In this document: positions 6,889 to 15,997 of the stretch, one piece after another
How the letters are laid out: every line of letters starts with the position of its first letter
How positions within the stretch are numbered: position 1 is the first letter of the stretch
Source of the DNA: Pseudomonadota bacterium
Lineage (GTDB): Bacteria > UBA10199 > 2-02-FULL-44-16 > JAAZCA01
NCBI GenBank assembly: GCA_043822785.1
Contig: JBDRBN010000059.1
Coordinates: 1-20,598, forward strand
DNA: 20,598 bases
Direction of reading: 5' to 3'
The notes under the pieces: generated by a model
What the model was told of the DNA's origin: nothing
The model's database searches: none
Seen by the model: only the letters and a program-made list of their open reading frames with translations
Program-made: the position numbers and the translations under genes

Positions 6889-7150
6889 GCAGGATGGCTA
6901 TAAAGTTAAATCAGCCTATATTTCATGATCATCTGTGGACAACTGTAAGCGCAGCGTAAGAGGAGGGTCTTCAAGGGCATAAATAGCAAAAAGATTTTAA
7001 AAAACATGAACTTGCACGTTGACGATATTTCGTGGGCTATGTTATAAATAGCCCATCGGTTGATGGGGGAATCAACGTAACATATTGAGATAATTCGATA
7101 ATTTGCCAATTGCCGAATTGGCTTTTGCGAGGGGTTCAAAGGGAGGGGTC

Positions 7151-7663
7151 ATGACAGAAAGACGTTCAGCGTTGAACAAAGAATTCAAGATCGGCGATGT
7201 GGCTGTTTATCCTGCGCATGGAGTTGGCGAGGTACAGTCCATTGAAGAGCGAGAGATAGCAGGCAATAAGCATAAGTTTTATATCCTCAAGATACTCGAT
7301 ACCGGTATGACCATCATGGTCCCCACCGGGAACGTACGCAGCGTGGGCCTTCGTGAAGTTATAAACGAGAGCGAAGTAGACATCGTCTATGACATCATGC
7401 GCGAGCGCGATATCTCCATAAACGAGCAAACCTGGAACCGCCGGTATCGCGAGTATATGGACAAGATCAAAACCGGCTCTATTTACGAGATCGCAGAGGT
7501 GCTGCGCGACCTCATGCTTCTTCGTTATGAGAAAGAGCTTAGCTTTGGCGAGCGCAAAATGCTGGATACCGCCCGCTACCTCATCGTAAAGGAGCTTGCC
7601 ATTGCCCAGGATTATACTGAAGACGAAGTAGCAGATGAGATAGACGAAATCTTTGCGAACTGA
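7151..7663 (+). CDS. carD: CarD/CdnL family RNA polymerase-binding regulator, 170 aa
   Basis: FKIGDVAVYPAHGVG, VGLR, WNRRYREYMDKIKTG and LSFGERKML motifs. ggagg RBS. Located upstream of ispD-ispF-cysS. It has no AT-hook extension, so it is CdnL-type. Confidence 0.95.
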   Translation: MTERRSALNKEFKIGDVAVYPAHGVGEVQSIEEREIAGNKHKFYILKILDTGMTIMVPTGNVRSVGLREVINESEVDIVYDIMRERDISINEQTWNRRYREYMDKIKTGSIYEIAEVLRDLMLLRYEKELSFGERKMLDTARYLIVKELAIAQDYTEDEVADEIDEIFAN

Positions 7664-7738
7664 TTGGTTGGGAATATCCCAACCAATCAGTTCCTTTTCT
7701 TCTTCATTGCCCCCCAACAATTTTTGGGGGGCATTTTT
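7657..7738 (+). terminator. Two tandem hairpins after carD
   Basis: 17-bp perfect stem at 7657-7693, then tgccccccaa/ttggggggca plus T5 at 7708-7738. Confidence 0.75.
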
Positions 7739-7761
7739 ATGCTCTAATGATCATTTCTTTC

Positions 7762-7797
7762 GTTGCTTGCGTTGCTGGCCTTGCTGGCGTTGCTTGC
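7762..7797. repeat. Tandem 9-mer array (reverse orientation), 4 units
   Basis: gttgcttgc gttgctggc cttgctggc gttgcttgc. Confidence 0.75.
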
Positions 7798-7856
7798 TAT
7801 TTATCAATATTTCCCTTGCTAGATGCGACCTTAGTGGATTATGTGGCACCTCAATC

Positions 7857-8585
7857 ATGAAGGCATGGGCTATAATAGCAGCGGCAGGGGTAGGCACGCG
7901 CATGGGAGCAGATCGTCCCAAGCAATATCTTGAAATAGACGGTCGCCCCATCATCTGCCACACCCTGGAGCGTTTTAAAGAGGCACCATGCATCGAATCC
8001 GTTGTGGTGGTTGTGGAGCCAGGCAGGGAAGAGGCCTTTAAGCACGAAATCCTAAAAAGCTTTGGATTTCCCAAGTCCTGGATTGTCGTTGCCGGAGGCA
8101 AGGTCCGGCAGGAATCAGTGGCAAACGGCCTTGTTCACATACCTTCAGACTGTGATGTGGTTGTGGTGCACGATGGGGTGCGTCCATTTGTGCGGGCATC
8201 GCTTATCCAAAGATCGGCCCAAGAGGCCTTGTGCCAAGGCGCATGCATAGCGGCCACTCCCATCAAGGAGACCATAAAGCGAGTTGTTAAAGAAAATATC
8301 ATTGCCGAAACAGTAGATCGACAAGATCTATGGAATGCCAAGACGCCTCAGGCATTTCGCCTTGATCTGCTGACCAAGGCCATGGAAAAGGCCACAGAAG
8401 ATGGCTTCATAGGCACTGACGAAGCAAGCATAGTAGAGCGCTTAGGCGTCACGGTGAAAATCCTAGAGAGCGACGACAGAAACATAAAGATCACCACGCC
8501 TTCAGATCTAATAGTTGCGCAGTCCATATTTGATGAGTGGGAGTCAACGCTTAGCGTTGATCCTGAGCCAGTCGAAGGATCATAA
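7857..8585 (+). CDS. ispD: 2-C-methyl-D-erythritol 4-phosphate cytidylyltransferase, 242 aa
   Basis: AAAGVGTRM..PKQYL, GGKVRQESV, VHDGVRPF, TPQAF and NIKITTPSDL motifs. The real start is the ATG at 7857. Confidence 0.95.
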   Translation: MKAWAIIAAAGVGTRMGADRPKQYLEIDGRPIICHTLERFKEAPCIESVVVVVEPGREEAFKHEILKSFGFPKSWIVVAGGKVRQESVANGLVHIPSDCDVVVVHDGVRPFVRASLIQRSAQEALCQGACIAATPIKETIKRVVKENIIAETVDRQDLWNAKTPQAFRLDLLTKAMEKATEDGFIGTDEASIVERLGVTVKILESDDRNIKITTPSDLIVAQSIFDEWESTLSVDPEPVEGS

Positions 8586-9076
8586 TGAACTATAGAATTG
8601 GAACAGGCTATGACATCCACGCCCTTGTACCGGGTCGGCCACTTATTCTGGGCGGAATTGAGATTCCATTTGAAAAGGGATTCAAGGCGCACTCTGATGG
8701 CGATGCGCTCCTTCATGCAATTGCCGATGCGCTGCTTGGCGCCTGTGCCCTGGGCGATATAGGAAAGCATTTTCCAGATACAGATCCAGCGTTCAAGGAT
8801 GCGGATAGCAAAGAGCTGCTGGGGCAAGTGAACAAGCTCATACTTGAGAAGGGCTATAAGCCCTATAACGTGGATGCAAACGTGATTGCGCAAAAGCCAA
8901 AGCTTACGCCTTATATAGATGCGATGAGGGAAAAGATCGCAGGGGTTCTAGATATCCCCATCGATAATGTAAGCGTAAAGGCACGCACTGCCGAAGGCAT
9001 GGATGCAGTAGGAGAAGGAAAGGCTATTGCAGTGCAGGCCTCGGTCTTGGTTACGGAGAAAACATGCCGCTCGTAG
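8585..9076 (+). CDS. ispF: 2-C-methyl-D-erythritol 2,4-cyclodiphosphate synthase
   Basis: RIGTGYDIH, HSDGD..LHAIADALLGA and DIGKHFPDTD motifs. Confidence 0.97.
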   Translation: MNYRIGTGYDIHALVPGRPLILGGIEIPFEKGFKAHSDGDALLHAIADALLGACALGDIGKHFPDTDPAFKDADSKELLGQVNKLILEKGYKPYNVDANVIAQKPKLTPYIDAMREKIAGVLDIPIDNVSVKARTAEGMDAVGEGKAIAVQASVLVTEKTCRS

Positions 9077-10539
9077 TCTATAATAGTCTTACAAGCAAAA
9101 AAGAGGAGTTCGTTTCACTAAATCCGCCAAAGGTGGGCATGTATACGTGTGGAATAACCGCCTATGACACCTGCCACATAGGCCACGCCAGGGCAGCTGT
9201 GGTCTTCGACATGATGTACAGATATCTCAAACATCGCGGTTTTGAAGTAATCCACGTACGCAATTACACGGATGTGGATGACAAGATCATAAATCGCGCA
9301 AATAAAGAAGGCGTATCCTGCAACGAGATATCCGAGCGCTATATACAGGAATATGAGCAGGACATGAGAGCGCTGGGAGTTTCCGATCCTACCATCAAGC
9401 CCAAAGCCACCGAGCACATAGGCGAGATGATACAGACCATAGAGCAACTCATAGAAAGGGGCTTTGCATACGAGAGGGATGGCAACGTGTTTTTCTCGGT
9501 ACGTAAATTTCAGAATTACGGAAAGCTCTCGGGCAAGAACATCGAAGAGCTGGAAAGCGGCGCCAGGGTGGAGGTAAATGAATCCAAAGACGATCCATTG
9601 GATTTCGCCCTTTGGAAGGCCTCAAAGCCTGGGGAGCCTACATGGGATTCACCCTGGGGGCCGGGCCGGCCTGGCTGGCATATTGAATGCTCTGCCATGA
9701 GCACAAAATATCTGGGTCAGCCTTTTGACATACACGGTGGAGGTCGAGATCTTATATTTCCACATCACGAAAACGAGATTGCCCAGGCAGAGGGTGCGAC
9801 CGGCAAGGAGTTTGTGCGCTACTGGCTGCACAACGGTTTTATAAATATCAACGCAGAGAAGATGAGTAAGTCTTTGGGCAACATAAAATCTATTCGCGAG
9901 GTGCTAACCGGGCACGACGCAGAGGGCATCAGGCTCTTCCTTTTATCTAACCACTATCGTTCTCCCATCGACTTTACCGAGAAGGCTATGGAAGAGGCCT
10001 CTGCTTCTCTGGATCGCTTTTACGAGACCGCAGAGAGGTTAGGAAAAATACATCCAGGCAAATCCGCTTCAGAAGATGCCGGCGACGCGCCTGAAGCGAA
10101 AGAGCTCAAAGAGGCTTTGGATAAATTCGATGAAAAATTTGATGAAGCCATGGACGACGACTTCAACACCGCCCGCGCCGTTGGGTTGGTGTTCGAAGTC
10201 GTAAAGCTCACCAACAAGTATCTTGATACCATCAAAGAAGCATGCACGCCGTTTGCCGGTTGGGTGCTTCTTAAGTTTTCGCACATGCAGCAGATAGCTG
10301 GTGATGTGCTGGGAATCTTTAGCTCTGATCCAAAAGAATATGATAAGCGCGCGCACAAGAGGGTAAAGGAAGCCAAGGGTGTGGATACTGATCTCGTTGA
10401 AAGGCTTATCCAAGAACGAAAAAATGCTCGCAGCAATAAGGATTTTAAGAGGGCAGATGTCATACGCGACGAGCTTGCCAAGATGGGCGTGGAGATCAAG
10501 GACAGGCCTGACAACACCACAGAGTGGAAACTGCGGTAG
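9064..10539 (+). CDS. cysS: Cysteine--tRNA ligase
   Basis: HIGH, DFALWK, GRPGWHIECSAM and KMSKS motifs. Confidence 0.98.
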   Translation: MPLVVYNSLTSKKEEFVSLNPPKVGMYTCGITAYDTCHIGHARAAVVFDMMYRYLKHRGFEVIHVRNYTDVDDKIINRANKEGVSCNEISERYIQEYEQDMRALGVSDPTIKPKATEHIGEMIQTIEQLIERGFAYERDGNVFFSVRKFQNYGKLSGKNIEELESGARVEVNESKDDPLDFALWKASKPGEPTWDSPWGPGRPGWHIECSAMSTKYLGQPFDIHGGGRDLIFPHHENEIAQAEGATGKEFVRYWLHNGFININAEKMSKSLGNIKSIREVLTGHDAEGIRLFLLSNHYRSPIDFTEKAMEEASASLDRFYETAERLGKIHPGKSASEDAGDAPEAKELKEALDKFDEKFDEAMDDDFNTARAVGLVFEVVKLTNKYLDTIKEACTPFAGWVLLKFSHMQQIAGDVLGIFSSDPKEYDKRAHKRVKEAKGVDTDLVERLIQERKNARSNKDFKRADVIRDELAKMGVEIKDRPDNTTEWKLR

Positions 10540-10554
10540 ACGCAAACACAGATG

Positions 10555-10630
10555 TGTCATTGCGAGGAGCGTATGCAACGAAGCAATCTCCATTATGACT
10601 GAGATTGCTTCACATTCGTTCGCAATGACA
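10555..10630. repeat. REP-like palindrome (TGTCATTGCGAG family)
   Basis: tgtcattgcgag...gaagcaatctc / gagattgcttc...tcgcaatgaca. Confidence 0.85.
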
Positions 10631-10643
10631 TTGATGAATTTCA

Positions 10644-12626
10644 ATGTCTTCATTTAAACTAGTATCAGAATTCACCCCAAAGGGCGATCAGCCACAGGCT
10701 ATAGATGCGCTCACTGAGGGCGTGCTTTCCGGCAAGAAACACCAGGTGCTCTTGGGAGTTACGGGTTCAGGAAAAACATTTTCAATAGCCCATCTCATCG
10801 CCAATACTAACAAGCCCACCCTTGTGATGGCGCCCAACAAGACGCTTGCTGCGCAGCTCTATAGCGAATTCAAAGAGCTATTTCCAGAAAACGCGGTGGA
10901 ATATTTTGTAAGTTACTACGACTATTATCAGCCAGAAGCCTATCTTCCTGCCCAGGATCTGTTTATCGAAAAAGACTCAAATATAAACGAACAGATAGAT
11001 AAGCTGCGCCATTCTGCTACCCGCTCCCTTCTTACCAGACGGGATGTCATCATAGTTGCAAGCGTATCTTGTATATATGGCCTTGGCAGCCCAGAGGCAT
11101 ATCAGAGCATGCTTTTGCGCACGCAAAAGGGCGAGACCCTAAACAGACAGAGGCTTCTCAGAAAGCTCATCGACATACGGTACGAGCGCAACGACTATGA
11201 CTTTCACCGCGGAACCTTTCGCGTGCGCGGCGATGTGGTGGAAATCATACCAGCTTACGAGGATGCAAAAGCAGTTCGCCTGGAGTTCTTTGGCGACGAG
11301 CTTACAAAGATAGTAGAGATAGATTCTCTCACGGGCAAACCCATAGGAGAACTCAGCGAGGTGACCATCTTTCCTGGCAGTCATTATGTGACCACTGAGG
11401 AGAGGATGAAGGAGGCTATGGGTGCTATTCGCGATGAGCTGCGCGAGCGCATCGTTCATTATAAAAAGCAGAATAAGCCTCTGGAGCGCGCGCGCATAGA
11501 GCAGCGCACCATGTTTGATTTGGAGATGATGGAGGAGATGGGTTTTTGCAAAGGCATTGAAAACTACTCACGCCATCTCACAGGCAGAGCTGCTGGCCAG
11601 CCGCCTCCGACTCTTATCGAGTATTTCCCGAGTGATTTTCTTCTGGTCATAGACGAGAGCCATGTCACTGTTCCACAGATAGGCGGCATGTATAACGGCG
11701 ACAAAGCGCGCAAGTCTACGCTTGTTGAATATGGCTTTCGCTTGCCTTCTGCCTTGGATAACAGGCCGCTTAGGTTTGATGAGTTTGAAAAACTAGTAAA
11801 CCAAACAGTGTACGTATCTGCCACTCCAGCCGACTATGAACTCAAAAAAGCAGAAGGCGAGATAGTGGAGCAGATAGTGCGGCCTACCGGTCTCATAGAT
11901 CCTGTGCCCGAGGTGCGCAAGGCCAAGGGCCAGATCGACGACCTGCTAGCAGAGATAAACAAGAGGGTTAAAGTTGGCGAGCGTGTGCTGGTAACAACGC
12001 TCACCAAACGGATGGCCGAGGAGCTGGCCGACTATCTTAGGGAAGCTGGCGTGCGCGTTAAATACCTTCACTCTGATATTGAATCGCTTGAGCGCATAGA
12101 GATACTTCGTTCCTTACGCCTGGGTGAGTTTGATGTGCTTGTGGGAATAAACCTGCTGCGCGAAGGTTTGGATCTACCCGAAGTATCGCTTGTGGCAATA
12201 CTCGATGCAGACCGTGAGGGTTTCTTAAGATCAACTCGCTCCCTCATCCAAACCTTTGGCCGAGCTGCGCGCAATATAAACGGTACAGCCCTACTTTATG
12301 CAGACAACATGACAGATTCCATGAAAAGGGCTATTGATGAAACCAAGCGCCGCCGCAAGCTCCAGGGAGCCTACAACAAAAAGCATGGCATCACGCCTGC
12401 AACCATTCAGAAGAAAATAAGCAATGTGCTACATTCCATATATGAACAAGATTATGTGCAGGTTCCAGGTCCTGAGGAGGAGTACATACCAAAAGAGAAA
12501 ATCCCCAAACTTATAGAGAAACTCAGCCGTCAGATGCTCATGTTTGCAAAAAAGCTCGAATTTGAAGAAGCTGCCAATCTTCGCGACCAGATTGGTGAAC
12601 TAAGAAAAAAGGAGATGGGGCTTTAA
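10644..12626 (+). CDS. uvrB: Excinuclease ABC subunit B
   Basis: [22 protein letters not shown] and [10 protein letters not shown] motifs, plus a C-terminal UVR domain. Confidence 0.98.
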   Translation: MSSFKLVSEFTPKGDQPQAIDALTEGVLSGKKHQVLLGVTGSGKTFSIAHLIANTNKPTLVMAPNKTLAAQLYSEFKELFPENAVEYFVSYYDYYQPEAYLPAQDLFIEKDSNINEQIDKLRHSATRSLLTRRDVIIVASVSCIYGLGSPEAYQSMLLRTQKGETLNRQRLLRKLIDIRYERNDYDFHRGTFRVRGDVVEIIPAYEDAKAVRLEFFGDELTKIVEIDSLTGKPIGELSEVTIFPGSHYVTTEERMKEAMGAIRDELRERIVHYKKQNKPLERARIEQRTMFDLEMMEEMGFCKGIENYSRHLTGRAAGQPPPTLIEYFPSDFLLVIDESHVTVPQIGGMYNGDKARKSTLVEYGFRLPSALDNRPLRFDEFEKLVNQTVYVSATPADYELKKAEGEIVEQIVRPTGLIDPVPEVRKAKGQIDDLLAEINKRVKVGERVLVTTLTKRMAEELADYLREAGVRVKYLHSDIESLERIEILRSLRLGEFDVLVGINLLREGLDLPEVSLVAILDADREGFLRSTRSLIQTFGRAARNINGTALLYADNMTDSMKRAIDETKRRRKLQGAYNKKHGITPATIQKKISNVLHSIYEQDYVQVPGPEEEYIPKEKIPKLIEKLSRQMLMFAKKLEFEEAANLRDQIGELRKKEMGL

Positions 12627-12633
12627 TAATCCC

Positions 12634-12662
12634 TTGATTTTAAGCATTTATCTCCCTATATT
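12634..12662 (+). promoter_or_regulatory. sigma70 promoter of the porin gene
   Basis: TTGATT-N17-TATATT. Confidence 0.5.
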
Positions 12663-12725
12663 TTTAAGAAATGTAGATTTTATAACAACGTCTTAACACA
12701 TACGACACCGAAAGGAGCTTTCAAT

Positions 12726-13883
12726 ATGAAGAGATTAATGATTCTGGCTGCGGCCCTGTTTATGGTCCTGATTGTGCCGGCCTCTGCATTTGCGCAGAAC
12801 GTAGGGTATGACAATGGTTTTTATATCAGAAACGATGAAGAGACGTTTAAGCTCCAATTAACAGGTCGTCTTCAGACAAAATTCTTCTATGAGAAACAGA
12901 CCGGTCAGCCCCAACAGCTCTCATGGTCGATCAGACGCGCGCAGCTAGACGTCAAATCTTTTTTCCATGAAATCGTGTCCATGGGTTTTACGCTCAAGCA
13001 TGCCGTTACCAACGTAGGAACGCAGAACTTTGCAAACGTAAATATTGGCGGTGCATTTGCATCAGTAGAGATCATCCCGGAGTTTGCAGTTACGGTTGGC
13101 ATGGTAGGTCTGCCGCTCGATCTCATGAGCGAGACAAGCTCCAAATGGTTTTTACTGCCTGAGCCGCCCATCACCAACACGCAAGACGATGGCATCACTA
13201 CCCTCACACCGCTGCGTCCCAGCTTTGGCGTTCCCGATGGCATAGGCATCAACTTTGCGGGCGGATATTGGAAGTGGTATTACTCGCTGTCAGTGGTTAA
13301 CGGCGCAGAGAGCAATTACAACTTAAACCCAGATCGTAAGATGTCGTTTGGATTTCGCACAGGCTTTAATGTGCTCGACCCTGTTCCTGGCAGCATGACG
13401 GACTTTGAATGTTCTTCTACACCAAAGCTCACCATCAACCTGGGCAGCATGTACCAGGGTAAGAGGACAGATCCTAATACTAACGCTGCCATCAAATACC
13501 TCTGGACCTCAACGTTAGGCGTTGGGTTTCGCTGGGGCGGCTTTTCACTCACCACCGAAGGTTATTATCGCAAAACACGCATCACTAACGTTGGCACGGC
13601 AGTATGGGCAAGGCCTAAGCTCACTGACATCGGCTATTATGCTGCGGCCGGCTACTACATACTTCCAAAAAAGTTTGAGGTCGCAGGCCAGGCTGGCCAG
13701 ATCATAAGGCAGGGTCCGGATAATGATTCGTGGCAATTTGGCGGAGGCGTGAACTACTACATCTTTGACAACAACCTTAAACTACAGGCCGCATACACCA
13801 TGACCACCGACTTTGACGATGTGTTAGGTACGCGTAGCAACCACATCCACAACGGAACTCTCATGGTCACGGCGTTGTTCTAA
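12726..13883 (+). CDS. Outer-membrane porin, OprO/OprP (phosphate-selective porin)-like
   Basis: Signal peptide (ASAFA), GYDNGFYI...FKLQLTGRLQ...IRRA N-terminus, amphipathic beta strands, C-terminal Phe and an aaggag RBS. Confidence 0.75.
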   Translation: MKRLMILAAALFMVLIVPASAFAQNVGYDNGFYIRNDEETFKLQLTGRLQTKFFYEKQTGQPQQLSWSIRRAQLDVKSFFHEIVSMGFTLKHAVTNVGTQNFANVNIGGAFASVEIIPEFAVTVGMVGLPLDLMSETSSKWFLLPEPPITNTQDDGITTLTPLRPSFGVPDGIGINFAGGYWKWYYSLSVVNGAESNYNLNPDRKMSFGFRTGFNVLDPVPGSMTDFECSSTPKLTINLGSMYQGKRTDPNTNAAIKYLWTSTLGVGFRWGGFSLTTEGYYRKTRITNVGTAVWARPKLTDIGYYAAAGYYILPKKFEVAGQAGQIIRQGPDNDSWQFGGGVNYYIFDNNLKLQAAYTMTTDFDDVLGTRSNHIHNGTLMVTALF

Positions 13884-13908
13884 GACAATCGTATAGAGGC
13901 ATTTTGTT

Positions 13909-13940
13909 AACTGCGGCCCCATATGGGGCCGCAGTTTTTT
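13909..13940 (+). terminator. Rho-independent terminator
   Basis: aactgcggcccc-atat-ggggccgcagtt followed by a T-run. Confidence 0.85.
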
Positions 13941-13941
13941 A

Positions 13942-13968
13942 GCAACTTTTTCTTCAAGCCGCCGACAA
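13942..13968 (+). promoter_or_regulatory. sigma28-like promoter GCAA-N15-GCCGACAA
   Basis: Third copy of the motif. The ATG at 13976 follows 7 nt later with no SD sequence. Confidence 0.55.
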
Positions 13969-13975
13969 AATCGTT

Positions 13976-15217
13976 ATGATCCAAGGCACACAGATCTCAA
14001 TTCCGACAACTGCAATGAACATGATGTCGTGTTTAACATCCGTTACTGCAACTTGTATGGGAACGCCGGCTATCTCTTCGTATTGTAGGAGTGATTTGCC
14101 TGCGCATACTTCACAATCTTTGGTCTTATGCAATTCAGCGCGTCTTTTTGCACAAGTCTCAGCAGCACAAGAAGCAAGGGATATTGACATGGGGGATGTC
14201 TCGCTTGTGGTCGGTGGTGTTACACTTCTTACTGTCCTGCTAACGGTAGGCGCTTTTGCAGCTATCGGTCATAAAGTGAAAAACACTGGCATGGACTTTT
14301 CGTCTAGCAGAATGCTGTGGGCCTTATCAGGTCTTATTTTATTTGAGCGCTGGTTGCAGGAAAAGCTGATTGCATGCTGCACGTTAGGTATGCCCAGTGA
14401 GCCAAATGCGGTCAAAGAAATTTCTATACCCAAACCCATACAGACGATGGCTTACCTTACCACCATACACGAATCTATAATAAGAAAGGGCTGGCAACCA
14501 TATAAGGATCTTTCTGCTTTAGAGAGGTTTAGAGTTCTCATGCAGTTTGTTAAAGGTGAAAAGGCCGATGCAGTCTCGGAGATAGAAGTGTTAAAACTGC
14601 CCTTGGCGGTACTGAAGTTTAAGCACAAAGACGGCCGTGAAGCACAGCTCAAATTGAATGAATTATCAACTTTTGCTAGTATGGGTTTGCCAAATAGTTT
14701 AAAAATATTTTCAGAACTTTTTGATTTGCAGATAAGCGATGAGTGGTATGCAAAGTGGACTGAAAAGCTTAGCAAAAAGGATCTCTCAGAGCTATCAGTC
14801 AGAATAGCCAATGGCGAAATGTTTTTTGAAATAGCAGATGATGATATTGCCAGCGTCTCAGTTGAGCATGAGTGGTCGTTTGTTAGGTTAAGACACAAAT
14901 ATAACAGTTTAGATTTTGACCCAGCTCTGCGTGGCAGCCCAAATGTTGAGGCCAGACTTCTTGAGAATTACGACAGACTGCTCGACCGGTTGGATAGGAT
15001 GGGTGACAAGTCCCCTGAAGAAAAGGGCTACATGGCCAAAATGTACTTTGCTCATATGGCAATAGGGCTCTTAAATGGCAAATCCAAAGATGCTGATCCG
15101 TTGGTGTTGGATGCGGCTCAATTGCAGGTGCTTATAAACATAAATCCCGAATTCTTCGAAACTGTTCAGTGGAAGGATATGCCAAGGCAGGTACGAGAAG
15201 CCAGGAGGATGCAATGA
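13976..15217 (+). CDS. Orphan protein, 413 aa, with an N-terminal S/T/A/C-rich leader and a TM helix
   Basis: Long ORF with the hydrophobic segment VSLVVGGVTLLTVLLTVGAFAAIG. No recognisable family. Confidence 0.75.
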   Translation: MIQGTQISIPTTAMNMMSCLTSVTATCMGTPAISSYCRSDLPAHTSQSLVLCNSARLFAQVSAAQEARDIDMGDVSLVVGGVTLLTVLLTVGAFAAIGHKVKNTGMDFSSSRMLWALSGLILFERWLQEKLIACCTLGMPSEPNAVKEISIPKPIQTMAYLTTIHESIIRKGWQPYKDLSALERFRVLMQFVKGEKADAVSEIEVLKLPLAVLKFKHKDGREAQLKLNELSTFASMGLPNSLKIFSELFDLQISDEWYAKWTEKLSKKDLSELSVRIANGEMFFEIADDDIASVSVEHEWSFVRLRHKYNSLDFDPALRGSPNVEARLLENYDRLLDRLDRMGDKSPEEKGYMAKMYFAHMAIGLLNGKSKDADPLVLDAAQLQVLININPEFFETVQWKDMPRQVREARRMQ

Positions 15218-15951
15218 ACGCTGGAACATACTTTAATCTAAGTGCGGTATCTGCCGCAGGTTGGACTCCGTTTGTTGCGGCTAACGCAGGGTGCGTCTCG
15301 CCAGGTTCTGCGTACTTCTATTATCCTGCCCAGCGATTTACAGCGCAAGCCACTGTATTGCCGGCTTCCTTTACAATGCCTTCTGTTTTTGCTCATAGCG
15401 CTGCGCCTCAAGCACTGCAGATTCAGGGCGTTGCCATGCCTCATGAAATGGGTTTTCAATACGATCATATCGGCGATCCATATCTTATCAGCTCTGTGCT
15501 TATTCTTGGTCCGTTGGCGACAAAAGCCAGGCAGTCAATGCGGTCCTTAGGCAGAAAAACGATCAATGCTATAGTAAATCGAGTCCCCTTGCGGTTTGGT
15601 ATGCGCACTTATAAGAGAATATTGGAGATGCAAGAGGAGCTGGCAAAATATAGTGCACAAGTTGAGGCGATGATTGGTCATGCGAAATTGATAATAAAAG
15701 AAGATGATCCTTCTGCTTTAGACGTCCTGCTTTGGAAAGAGTTTGTATGTTCAGATTACTTTCACGAGCTTAATCCGGTAACACGAGGTAGAATTATTGA
15801 ACATCGCAAAAGCTTTCTGAGGGAGCTTACATCAATGTTGAGCGATGAGCACATCGGTATCCGCGATAAATACACTCCCGATGGCCAGATATGCCATTCG
15901 GCATATGAACGAGTTGTTTTGAGCAATAAATGGATGTCAGATGAGGATTGA
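15214..15951 (+). CDS. Orphan protein, 245 aa, with an Ala/Pro-rich leader and a hydrophobic segment
   Basis: ATGA overlap with the upstream stop and an aggagg RBS at 15203-15208. Confidence 0.75.
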   Translation: MNAGTYFNLSAVSAAGWTPFVAANAGCVSPGSAYFYYPAQRFTAQATVLPASFTMPSVFAHSAAPQALQIQGVAMPHEMGFQYDHIGDPYLISSVLILGPLATKARQSMRSLGRKTINAIVNRVPLRFGMRTYKRILEMQEELAKYSAQVEAMIGHAKLIIKEDDPSALDVLLWKEFVCSDYFHELNPVTRGRIIEHRKSFLRELTSMLSDEHIGIRDKYTPDGQICHSAYERVVLSNKWMSDED

Positions 15952-15962
15952 CAGCTGATCAC

Positions 15963-15991
15963 TTGCCCCTTTTGGTCTTCTTAAGTATTAT
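15963..15991 (+). promoter_or_regulatory. sigma70 promoter of uvrC (leaderless geometry)
   Basis: TTGCCC-N17-TATTAT with 6 nt to the ATG at 15998. Confidence 0.55.
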
Positions 15992-15997
15992 CTGAGC

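Noticed and set aside
6934..6942. DnaA box-like TGTGGACAA (oriC?)
   Set aside because: A single one-mismatch box with no cluster and no origin-associated genes.
6679..7139. Short minus-strand ORFs 6679-6888 and 6906-7139
   Set aside because: They overlap tRNA-Phe and promoter DNA and have no RBS or protein-like signal.
7653..7856. 68-aa Cys/Trp-rich N-terminal extension of IspD in the ORF track
   Set aside because: It translates terminators and the 9-mer array. IspD homology starts at ATG 7857.
7843..7858. TGGCAC upstream of ispD as a sigma54 promoter
   Set aside because: There is no GC at the -12 position.
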